Source: Octopus bimaculoides (Eukaryota). From it: a stretch of 39,130 nucleotides of DNA. This document shows positions 13,073 to 22,829 of the stretch, in pieces. Position 1 is the stretch's first letter. Every line of letters starts with the position of its first letter. Position numbers and translations under genes: made by a program. The stretch is from NCBI RefSeq assembly GCF_001194135.2, contig NC_068983.1, positions 59,170,818 to 59,209,947 of the forward strand, written 5' to 3'. Below the pieces are notes generated by a model, which was not told the origin of the DNA, ran no database searches, and was given only the letters and a program-made list of their open reading frames with translations.

Positions 13073-13114
13073 ATACACTCACAAATATGTATGTAAACAT
13101 ATTTGTGAGTGTAT
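13073..13114. repeat. Perfect 18-bp stem, 6-nt loop palindrome
   Basis: atacactcacaaatatgt-atgtaa-acatatttgtgagtgtat. Confidence 0.95.
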
Positions 13115-13214
13115 GTGAGTATCTATTGTTATGTGTCTGTCTATATATTTCAAATTTATCAGTTAACTGGTCATTATGTCAGAAATAAAAACACAGTCAA
13201 TATAAAAATAAACC

Positions 13215-13540
13215 TGGCATTCCATTGGTTGCAATGACAAGTGTTCCCGTTGATCCAATCAACAGAACAACTTGCTTGTGAGATTAACATACAAGTGGCT
13301 GAGTACTCTACAGACATACATAACCCTAATGTAGCTTTCAGGAAGATTCAGCCTGACTCAGAATGTGACAAGGCTGGTCCTTTTGAATTACAGGTACAAC
13401 TCATTTTTGCCAGCTGAGTGGACTGGGGAAATGTGAAATAAAGCATCTTGCGCAAGGCCACAACATGCTGCTGGGGATTGAACTCACAATCTTATGATCA
13501 TGAAGTGAAAACCCAAGCTACTAAGGCATGCACCTTCATA
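13215..13540 (-). mobile_element. SINE head B with tail T1
   Basis: Colinear with 2812-3130 over its length, including the tRNA-like head at about 13460-13540. Confidence 0.85.
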
Positions 13541-13643
13541 CAGTCAATATAATAAGTAATAGAGTGGATATATTTTTATATCATCAGGCAATATATTACC
13601 GGTATATAACTATACACTATTTTAGTACTACAGTCAAAAAATA

Positions 13644-13915
13644 AGTACCAGTTGAGTATTAGAGTCAATGTAATAAACTTTCTCCCTTCTTCAAACTTGC
13701 TGGCCTTATGCCAAAATTTGAAACCAATATTAGTAGCAAAATCTAACTTACTATGGCACTGGTACTCCATCGGTTGATCCAATCAACAGAACAGCCTGCT
13801 CATGAAATTAACGTGCAAGTGGCTGAACACTCCACAGACATGTGTGTCCTTAACGTAGTTGTCAAGGAGATTCAGCATGACATGGAGTGTGACAAGGCTG
13901 GTCCTTTGAAATACA
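13644..13915 (+). repeat. Direct duplicate of 2705-2997 (SINE-C tail, linker, truncated SINE-B tail)
   Basis: About 18 substitutions in 272 nt plus one 21-nt deletion. It shares the non-SINE linker tagcaaaatctaact(c/t)actatggcactgg. Confidence 0.9.
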
Positions 13916-13918
13916 TAT

Positions 13919-14218
13919 GCTCTAGTGTAAGTAGTATCAGTCAACATCAATGGAATGATATAGAAATACATCAAGGCAACAGAGGCTGAATAATCACACT
14001 TCTTGTTTTAGTATCCAGGAAAAGTATAATGTCATTATTAACCAGCTATATATGATGATTACAAGAAGACACAAAGCTATATCGCATCAACTCGAGGCTG
14101 CGGGAATGATCTAGGCTATATCTTAAAGGCATTGTAGGATGCAGATCCTGCCTGACAGAAAAGAGATTTGTTCTAAAAATTTCACACAATCCTAGCAGTT
14201 TCCATCAAACAAAATTTT
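13919..14218 (-). repeat. Right arm of the 300-bp inverted repeat
   Basis: Reverse complement of 11865-12164, about 92% identity. Confidence 0.95.
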
Positions 14219-14619
14219 GGATATTACTCTCATGAGTGCAAATTCATTTTGGTGGTGTGCTCATGTCCCTTTTTCTTACAAGAGAATGATAAACATAGAG
14301 TCTACAGACTCAGCCCATATTCAATATCAATTCATAAGAAATAACTCTTTCTTCCCCAAAATATCTTTTACTGAATTTTGTTCTATCCATATGCCTTCAC
14401 CGAACCAACCTAGATCTTATGTATCTCCAGAATTAAAGAGGATATAAACTTCTGTTCAGCATGTTTGAAGAATCGTCAATATTGTGTAGAGGCAACATTT
14501 AGCATGTAACCAGTGGTAACATTCTGAGCAACATAACTACTTCCAGGACAACATTTTCACAGGATAGAGCTCAAATGTAAACAAAGAGACATATACATGT
14601 GTATGCACATGTAAAATAC

Positions 14620-14790
14620 ATACACACATATAGTCTTCTTTCAGTTTCCATCAAATAAATCAGCTTACAAATCTTTGGTTGCTCTAGGGTTATATAGTAG
14701 AAGACATTTACTCAAGGTGACATACAGTAGGATTGAACCCAAAACCACGTGGTTGGAAAGCAAACTTTTTAACCTCCTAACCATACAGTC
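14620..14790 (-). mobile_element. SINE family A, degenerate antisense copy
   Basis: cttctttcagtttccatc...tagtagaagaca...gaacccaaaaccacgtggttggaaagcaa is the reverse complement of the family A 5' half. Confidence 0.75.
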
Positions 14791-15140
14791 ACACATATAT
14801 ATGTGTGTGTGTATGTGTGCGTAATATATGGTATAATTATAAACAGGGCAAATATTTAGCTATTTCTCCACAGACTGAAAAAAACAATAAACAACCTTAA
14901 TCAATTTCGAACCTTATTGGGTTTTCATCAGAGGTGTGTATATGATTCTGACTCTCTCCAGAGAAACAAGCAGCCAAACTATTTATATACTCAACAAATA
15001 CAGCAGTTATTCTATGAAGGATTCCCTAATTTGCATACCAAAATTGTTTAACACTCTATAAATACCAGCGGCCTGTCAACAGGGATCTTAGTCCACACAG
15101 TATCAAGGTATGGTACAATATACATGTAATATATATATAT

Positions 15141-15305
15141 ATCATCATCATCATCATCATCATCATCTTCGTTTAACGTCCGCTTTCCATGCTAGCATGG
15201 GTTGGACGATTTGACTGAGTACTGGTGAAACCAGATGGCTACACCAGGCTCCAATCTGATTTGGCAGAGTTTCTACAGCTGGATGCCCTTCCTAACACCA
15301 ACCAC
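15141..15305 (-). mobile_element. RTE-type 3' UTR with (CAT)n antisense tail
   Basis: (atc)n gtttaacgtccgctttccatgctagcatgggttggacg..., nearly identical to 7387-7510. Confidence 0.88.
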
Positions 15306-15318
15306 ATATATACTTGAA

Positions 15319-15615
15319 GGTGCATGACTCAGTGGTTAGAGTGTCAGGCTTACAATTATGAGGTTGTGAGTTCAATTCGCAGACCAGACTATGTGTTGTG
15401 CTCTTGAGCAAGACACTCTATTTCACATTGCTCCAGTTCACTCAGATGTAGAAATGACTTATGATGTCACCAGTGCCATCGGTGGCATGGAGAAGCAAGA
15501 CTGATATGCTTGGGCAACTGCTGGTCTTCCACCAACAACCTTGCCCAGACTTGTGCTTCAGAGAGGAACTTTCTAGGTGCAATCCCGTGGTCAATCATGA
15601 CAGAAAGGGGTCTTT
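15319..15615 (+). mobile_element. SINE head B with a different tail (T3)
   Basis: ggtgcatgactcagtggttagag, gagttcaattc, cttgagcaagacactctatttcacattgctccagttcactcag; diverges from tail T1 afterwards. Confidence 0.8.
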
Positions 15616-16322
15616 ACCCGATATATATACATACAGAGACAGAGAGAGAGAGAGATAGAAGTGAGATAAAAAGCAAACTATTGAGGAAAGCTCTATTGAA
15701 TACAAGAAATAGCAGTCACATCCTCCTCAGTTCACAGCCTCCTGTCTCAGTATATATTGAATATTGTGGTCCCAGATACAAGAAACACCTTTCAGCATAG
15801 ATTTTCTTGATTGTGGTTGCTCTAAAGAACAACAGTAGATTAATAAATATATAAATAATTCAAAAATAAATATATGTGTCTGAGTAGAAAACGAAGATAA
15901 TTCTGATTTTATCAGAACTCTTAAAAGTTCACCATGCCTACCACCTTATCATTGTTTCAAATCTAACATATGCCGTTGGTGTTTATTAGAAAAATTCCCT
16001 GAGCTTGCTGCCAAGTTTGATAAAATCTATTATTCAATCACACTTAACATGGACATAAGACACAAGTGTGTGCTTGTGTGTGTATGCACATACAGTATTT
16101 AACCATGCACACTTATATACATATTCATAGATACATCTGAACAGACACAGAAATACACACACACCTATATACAGGGTTATAAGTATTCATAAATATTTAT
16201 GAATATCTGATAACTCTATATAATAAACACACTCATACATACATCCACTATCGACATTTATATATTTATATACAGAGTATGTGTGTATTCAAACGCTACA
16301 TACATACTTACATGTATATATA

Positions 16323-16650
16323 TCATTATCGTCATCGTCATTTAACGTCCGTTGTCCATGCTGGCATGGGTTGGATGGTTTGACCAGGGCTGGTAAGTTG
16401 AAAGGCTGCACCAGACTCCAGTCTGATTTGGCACAGTTTTCTATGGCTGGATGCCCTTACTAATGCCAACTACTCTGAGTGTGTAATAGGTGCTGTTATG
16501 TGCCACCAGCATGGGTGCCATTTGTGTGACACCAGTATCTGCCATGACAGTGATTTTGCTCAGCTTGATGGGTCTTCTCCTCAAGCACGATATAATGCCA
16601 AAGGTCTTGGTCATTACCTCCATGAGGCGCAACACTCGAAAGGAACTCAG
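16323..16650 (-). mobile_element. RTE-type LINE 3' end including ORF2 C-terminal codons
   Basis: Minus strand gaggtaatgaccaagacctttggcattatatcgtgcttgaggagaagacccatcaagctgag matches 480-560, followed by the shared UTR and a (GAT/GAC)n tail. Confidence 0.8.
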
Positions 16651-16897
16651 TCATACACACACACATATATATATATAGTTATATGATGTTTCCACAATAC
16701 ATACTAGTGAAAGTTGTGAAGATAATTGAGAAAAACAAGGAACTAATGCTATCAAACAAATCCCCTTTTGATATTTGTGTTGCCTGAGTTACACAGATAT
16801 CCCCTTGTTACTCTAGCCATCAGAAGGGAAATAGTAATTAGTCCAATAGAAATCTGAAGTCAATGACACTATTGTTTATATGAGTAGAAGAACAAAC

Positions 16898-17050
16898 ATA
16901 GCTGTGTGGTAAGTGGCTTGCTTATTAACCACATGGTTTCGGGTTCAGTTCCACTACATGGCAAATTGGGCAAGTGTCTTCTACTATAGCCTTGGGCTGA
17001 CCAAAGACTTGTGAGTGGATTTGGTAGACAGAAACTGAAAGAAGCCCATC

Positions 17051-17127
<77 letters not shown>

Positions 17128-17295
17128 TGTCTGTCTGTCTCCCCCAACAATGCTTGACAACCGATGTTTGTGTGTCTTCGCCCCGTAACTTAGTGACTGG
17201 TAGAATAAGTCCTGCGGTCAATTTGTTCGATTAAAGGCAGTGCTCCATCATGGCTGCAGTCAAATGACTGAAACAAGTAAAAGACTAAAAGAATA
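16898..17295 (+). mobile_element. Near full-length SINE family A with long internal (TG)n
   Basis: Head, body, (TG)n at 17052-17126 and 3' module ending gactgaaacaagtaaaaga. Confidence 0.92.
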
Positions 17296-17749
17296 TTATT
17301 TCACAATGGCCTTTAAGGATAATAGTAAAATATATATGTATATGTAAATAGAAAATACAACAGATTACTTGAATGATTCAAACCATGTTTTATACCTCCA
17401 GAGAGAGATATGGGGTACCTTGCTGAGATAGTACCTTTCAAAGGGATCCTACTAATTCCTTTTGGGGATAGCTCATCCTACCATTGGTTCAACTCTGTCT
17501 CCAAGAGCTGTCTACATGAAGCAGTACAGTACTTCTTAATCTACAGTATTGACAAGCTTGGTGAACAGGGCTAAGGGCAGGTGAATCTTAAACTCATGGT
17601 GAACTTCTATAAGAGATTGTTACCCTGCACATGTGAAGACTTGATTTCTGGCAGACTGTTCAGAGGGAATTCAAATATTCATGACAGAGTTTCAACAAGC
17701 AAACAAGAAACCTATAGCATCATTGCTGTGCAATATATATATATATATG

Positions 17750-17939
17750 GGAGAATTCATGTAAAAAACAACAGACGAAGACAGGTGGTGTAAACAACAA
17801 ATGGATGTATTAGTATAAAGCGCGGGAATAGAAAAAGTCTTTAACGTTTCAAGCCTACGCTCTTCAACAGAAAGGAACACAGAAAGAAACAAGGAGAGAA
17901 AAAATATAAGTGTAGTGGTCAGCAATCTATCATGGCGAA
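17750..17939 (-). mobile_element. Penelope-like (PLE) terminal-repeat-type fragment inserted in (TA)n
   Basis: (TA)n on both sides; carries the GAAACGT palindrome and hammerhead-like core typical of PLE pLTRs. No RT or GIY-YIG ORF is visible. Confidence 0.5.
17839..17874 (-). ncRNA. Minimal type I hammerhead-ribozyme-like motif (core variant)
   Basis: Minus strand CUUU-CUGUUGA-A-GAGC(GUAG)GCUU-GAAAC-GUU/AAAG. Stem I is CUUU:AAAG, stem II is GAGC:GCUU and stem III is the palindrome ACGU. Core position A6 is U. Confidence 0.5.
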
Positions 17940-17951
17940 TATATATATATG

Positions 17952-18226
17952 ATAATTAAGGGTATCTAAAAGATACTATCATACTAGAGACAGCAGTCAA
18001 AACTTGACTCTAAAACCACATCAAATATTTATACAGCACCAGAAGAGAGAGAAGACAAAGAGACAAAATAAACTAGCAAAAAAATATTGGATAATTCCAG
18101 ATCCCATATTTCTAACTTTGTCTCTGTCTTCTCTCCTGGTGCTGTATGACCATTTGATATGGTTTTAGAGTCAAGTTTTGACTGCTATCTCTAGCATGAT
18201 GGTATCTCTTAAATATCCTTAATTAT
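17952..18226. mobile_element. Foldback MITE with ~110-117-bp arms and 48-nt loop, TA-flanked (Tc1/mariner-type inferred)
   Basis: 17952-18068 is complementary to 18117-18226 (for example gcagtcaaaacttgactctaaaacca is perfect in both arms). Ends read TA-attaagg...ccttaat-TA. Confidence 0.85.
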
Positions 18227-18325
18227 AATTTTAATAATAATTATTACCTATGAGGCTTTTATTCCCATGCTAGCCACTTGATATGATCGTTATTTTAAAT
18301 AATGATCTTATCCTTATTTATATGA

Positions 18326-18359
<34 letters not shown>

Positions 18360-18418
18360 CTGCACATGGTAAGATATATAGACTGCCCTGCTCATTACAC
18401 TGTATATCTGGTATATGT

Positions 18419-18650
18419 GGAGGCATGTGGTTTAGCAGTTAGGGTGTTGGACTCATGGTCATGAGATTGGGATTTCAATTCCTGTACAGATTGATACATT
18501 GTATTCTTGAACAAAACATTTTATTTTGCATTGCTTCAGTCCACTCAGCTGGCAAAAATGAGTATCTCTGTGACAGACTGGCATCCCATCCGGTGGGGGA
18601 AAATATATGTACCACAGAAGCTGGCCTTATCAGTCTATATGACTTGGGAA
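18419..18650 (+). mobile_element. SINE head B with tail T2
   Basis: ggaggcatgtggtttagcagttaggg...cagtccactcagctggcaaaaatgagt, then gacagactggcatcccatcc. Confidence 0.75.
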
Positions 18651-18959
18651 AGAACCTTATCCTTATCTTATACCTGACATACATCCAGTTGTCACTAATC
18701 CAGAAAACCAATGATAAGTGAGTGAATCTGGTCATCAAGTGCAGCTCTCCCTTCACTCTAATCTAAGTCAACACAAACCCCACCTGACAGCACAAACAGC
18801 CAGCAGCAGTTGAGGTATTAGATGCATCTGCCACAGTGAAATACCACCACTCACATAGTTTAGTTTCATTCCTCTTTAGAGCACATGAAGGTACAGTGGT
18901 AGAGAGAGTGGTTATGATAGTCCTTTTGCCTATGCAGCTGTGTTTCATCTGTTACTGTT

Positions 18960-19175
18960 CCTTTCTACTCTAGGCACAAGGCCCGAAATTTTGGGGGAGA
19001 GGGCCAGTCGATTAGATCGACCCCAGTACACAACTGGTACATAATTTACTGACCTTGCAAGGATAAAAAGCAAAGTAGATCTCAGCGAAATTTGAACTCA
19101 GAATGTAAAGACAAACGAAATACCGTTAAGCATTTCGCCCGGTGTGCTAACATTTCTGCCAGCTCACCACCTTCA
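18960..19175 (-). mobile_element. tRNA-headed SINE family C, well preserved
   Basis: Minus strand ggtggtgagctggcagaaatgttagcacaccgggcgaaatgctt...gagttcaaatttc...ggggtcgatctaatcgactggcc...ccttgtgcctagagtagaaag. Confidence 0.85.
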
Positions 19176-19299
19176 TCTGATACTGTTGCTCTCTAAGAAG
19201 TGTCGTCAGTGTCTAAGAAGTGAGAACTTGGTCATCTTAGAAAAAGAAATTCAATTATGATCGTTCTGGTTAATAGCATATAAATATATAAATAGTCTC

Positions 19300-19505
19300 T
19301 GATTTAGGCACAGGGCCAATGATTCTGAGGGGAAAGGTTTCAACAATACAACACACCCCAGTACTTAATTGGTGCTTTATTTTACCAACCCTGAAAGGAT
19401 GTAAGATAAGGTTGATCTTAGTGGGATTACAACTCAGTATGTAGTAGTCAGAAGAAATACCACAAAGTATTTTGCTTGATGTTTTAACAATTCTGCCAGC
19501 CTATT
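19300..19505 (-). mobile_element. Degenerate SINE family C
   Basis: Colinear with 18960-19175 (ccccagtac...aaaggatg...aactcag...ttctgccagc). Confidence 0.65.
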
Positions 19506-19724
19506 GGCCGGTATAAATATATTAATGAATTAAACTGTGGCCTTTACTAGCAATTGAGTATGATTTGGTGACATTTACCATGTTTTTGCTAATCACTTTG
19601 GATACCCATGTAGATGCAAGGAAACATAGATATCTTCTGGGGCCCTCAAACACTCCACTCAGTGGAACCATAATCAGACGTCAGCAGGAGTGATACAAGG
19701 CTGCATTAGCACAAGGTTGGTGCT

Positions 19725-19850
19725 GCCCTCTATCCTTCAGAAAGGATGAAAGACAATGTTAACCTCAAAATGGTTTGAACTCAGAGTGTAGAGACGGAAC
19801 GAATACCAAAATATTTCATCTGATGTTCTAATGACTGCCAATTAACTGGT
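19725..19850 (-). mobile_element. Degenerate SINE family C, 5' part
   Basis: gaaaggatgaaagac...tttgaactcagag...gaatacc..atatttc. Confidence 0.5.
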
Positions 19851-20264
19851 TTACAAATAGATTAATAGACTTATAAATAATTAACTATTAATCAATAACA
19901 AACACCTTAGTAAGAGCAGGAGAGAGAGAGTGAGAGAGAGAGAGAGATACAGATGTAGGTGTAGAAATAAACATACATATTACATTTTTGTTGTTGTAGC
20001 ATTGCATGTTTTTACATATATGCTGTGTCAGGTGACCGACTCAAATGATCATGTGTTTATGATTAACAGATGTTCAATGAGGGAACTCGGTCAGACAACT
20101 AAATAAGACTCATAAATTAAAACAAAAAAAAGACAATTAACTTTAATCACTCGACTTCAACAAAAGCCTACCAGGGACGTCACAATGATAACAATGAGGT
20201 GAGGAGAGTTGACCTTATACACTACAGGGCAACAAATTAATATTGTACAAGGAATAATGGATCG

Positions 20265-20440
20265 CCATCATCATCATCATCGACAACATTTTAATATTTA
20301 TTTTTCTATGATTCCATGGGTATGACAAAACTCAGTGAGGCAGATTTTCTATGGCCAGATGCACTTCCTGTCACCAACCCTCACATATTTCCAAGCAAAG
20401 TAACACGCACAGCACAATGGCCAGTCATGTTTTCACCAAA
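20265..20440 (-). mobile_element. Variant RTE-type 3' tail, antisense
   Basis: (cat)n...gaggcagattttctatggccagatgcacttcctgtcaccaaccctcac matches the reverse complement of 1380-1490. Confidence 0.6.
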
Positions 20441-20734
20441 TGTATCAGATAAAATGATCAAGAAACTTGTTTAAGAAATCCTGAAAATGTGAACCTATTG
20501 AAATAATTGTAAAATTTGCTTATGATTAAAGTATATCATTTCAAAGGAGCACAAAATATTGTAGAAAGGGCAGAAAAGTTATGGCTATGGTTGTAGTGAA
20601 AGGAAAATAAATAATTATAAGTTAGAAACAATTTAAAATCTACACCCAGAAGAAATAGGATTTTCGATACTTGCAATAAATTTCCTAAATTGTAAATATG
20701 CTGTCTTTAAGCATTTACAATATGAACATCCATA

Positions 20735-20887
20735 GGCACAGGTGTGGCTGTGTGGTAAGAGGTTTGCTTCCCGACAACACGGTTCTGGGTTCAGTTCTAT
20801 TGTGTGGCACCTTGGGTGAGTGTCTTCTACTGTAGTCTAGGGCTGACCAAAACCTTGTGAGTGGATGGATTTGGGAGACAGAAACTG
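20735..20887 (+). mobile_element. SINE family A, 5' half
   Basis: ggcacaggtgtggctgtgtggtaagaggtttgcttccc...gagacagaaactg. Confidence 0.85.
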
Positions 20888-20899
20888 GTCTTTTAGGAC

Positions 20900-21012
20900 C
20901 TGTTACTTATTTTATCAGTCTCTTTTGCCACTAAGTTGTGGGGACGTAAATACACCAACACCAGTTGTCAAGCAGTGGTGGGGAACAAATACAAACACAA
21001 AGACATACATGT

Positions 21013-21057
<45 letters not shown>

Positions 21058-21234
21058 GACACACAGGTGTAAATACAACGGGCTTCTTATAGTTTCTGTC
21101 TACCAAATGCACTCACAAGACTTTGGCCAGCCTGACTCTATAGTGGAAAACACCTGCCCATGGTGCCACACAGTGGGACTGGACCTGGAACCATGTGGCC
21201 GAGAAGCAAATTTCTTACCATACAGCCATGCCTG
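20900..21234 (-). mobile_element. SINE family A, antisense, near full length
   Basis: 3' module at 20900-20990, (CA)n, then body and head ending cttaccatacagccatgcctg. Confidence 0.85.
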
Positions 21235-21282
21235 TTCAAATTATTTTAAGATACTTATACAATGTTCATGTTGAATGTTACA

Positions 21283-21389
21283 ATGGTGCATATGGTGTAT
21301 GGTGCATATGGTGCATGGTGCATATGGTGTATGGTGCATATGGTGTATGGTGCATATGGTGTATGGTACATATGGTGTATGGTGCATAT
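21283..21389. repeat. 16-bp minisatellite (ATGGTGCATATGGTGT), 6.7 copies
   Basis: Units start at 21283, 21299, 21315, 21331, 21347, 21363 and 21379, with two single-base variants. Confidence 0.95.
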
Positions 21390-21566
21390 ATGCAATATAT
21401 CAGATACACAACAAAATTCAATTTAAGCCAGATTTCTATTTCAACACTCCAGCCAACATCTTCAGTTTGCTCAGTTCCTATTATTACACCAGACTATTAT
21501 CAACCACAACATATATACACTTGCCAAATATGTGCAATGAAACAGAGAAACTTGCCACAGCAATTG

Positions 21567-21680
21567 TTAAACCTTTTGATATCAAACTACCTGAAACTAC
21601 CTTTGTTTCTATGGTTACAGACTTCTTGTTTTAAAATGATCAAAAATAAAACTTCCTATCAAAATTTCATATTACTTTTT
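21567..21680 (+). mobile_element. Truncated copy of the TTAA-flanked MITE at 33982-34363
   Basis: ttaa-accttttgatatc...ttctatggttacagacttcttgttttaaaatgatc...atcaaaatttcat aligns with 33982-34080 and 34176-34240. Confidence 0.6.
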
Positions 21681-21699
21681 GCTTCAAGCATCAGTTTAA

Positions 21700-21912
21700 G
21701 ACTTTCTACTATAGGCACAAAGCCTGAACTTTGGGGTAAGTGGAATAGTCAATTACACTGACCCTAGTGCATAACTGGTACGTATTTCATTGATTCCAAA
21801 AGGATGAAAGGCAAAGCTGACAATGGCAGAATTTGAACTCAGAACAGAAAATTTACAAAATGCCACTAAGCATTTTGCCCAGCTTGTTAATGATTCTGCC
21901 AGCTCACTGCTT
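21700..21912 (-). mobile_element. SINE family C
   Basis: ctttctactataggcacaaagcctgaa...aggatgaaaggcaaag...atttgaactcagaa...ttctgccagctcac. Confidence 0.8.
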
Positions 21913-22324
21913 TAACCATCATCTTCATAATGATGAAGTTATTTGACTGCATTTTTCATTATTTTCAGAACTGAAACAAAAATAGTGAATTGCAAAAGAA
22001 ATATGATAAGTCCACAGGTCATTCTTCTTAAAGTCAGTGTATTCCATATACATATTACATACATGCTGCAGAGAAGGCCAGGAGGTGATTTGGATTAAAG
22101 AGGACAGGCTAATGGCTTGTTGTGATTGGGAATCATGAAGTCCAGAGCACCATGTCTGTCTGTCCGTCTATCTGTTACATGAGCCAACCAATTTAACATG
22201 GCTTCCAGTTCAATGCTTCATTTTACAGTTGAACAAAAGTGTAAAGGGCCATAGATGACTAAGACCTTATTTAGGGAAATAATTGAATGTGAGACTTCAT
22301 TGCTGGGTCAAGAAAACTACATAA

Positions 22325-22410
22325 AGTAATCCCTCAACTATCATGGGTGTTACTTTCCAAAACCTCCCTGCGATAGGTGAAAATCTGGAAAGTAGAAACA
22401 GTACTGTACT
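22325..22410. mobile_element. Possible pogo/Tigger-like terminal sequence (single end)
   Basis: agtaatccctcaactatc..gggtgttac.ttccaaaacc.ccc.gcgataggtgaaaatc resembles Tigger-type termini from memory; no partner end was found. Confidence 0.35.
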
Positions 22411-22434
22411 GCATATTTTATTTTTATTTTTATA

Positions 22435-22822
22435 AGTGTCGCCTTACTGGCACTTGTGCTGGTGGCACATGAAAAAACATTCATGCGAGATCGTTGCCAG
22501 TGTCACTGGACTGACTCCTGTGCAGGTAGCACGTAAAATATACCATTTTGAGCATGACCGTTGCCAGTACTACCTGACTGGCCCTCGTGCCGGTGGCACG
22601 TAAAAGCACCCACTACACTCTCGGAGTGGTTGGCGTTAGGAAGGGCATCCAGCTGTAGAAACTCTGCCAATTCAGATTGGAGCCTAGTGCAGCCTTCTGG
22701 TTTGCCAGTCCTCAGTCAAATCGTCCAACCCATGCTAGCATGGAAGGCGGACGTTAAACGATGATCATGATCATGATGTTGATGATGATGATAATGATGA
22801 TGGTGATGATGATGATGATGGT
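22435..22822 (+). mobile_element. RTE-type 3' UTR, well preserved, with (GAT)n tail
   Basis: Longest copy of the UTR, CpG-rich, ending ggacgttaaacgatgat...(gat)n. Confidence 0.9.
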
Positions 22823-22829
22823 GAGGAAT

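Noticed and set aside
11865-14218. Reading the inverted arms as TIRs of one 2.35-kb DNA transposon
   Set aside because: No target-site duplication or recognisable terminal motif, no internal transposase, and sequence complexity continues past the right arm. Not excluded, but less likely than an inversion or duplication.
21195-21761. 188-aa ORF with YGAYGVWCIWCMVHMV repeats
   Set aside because: Produced by the 16-bp minisatellite, a SINE end and a MITE fragment.
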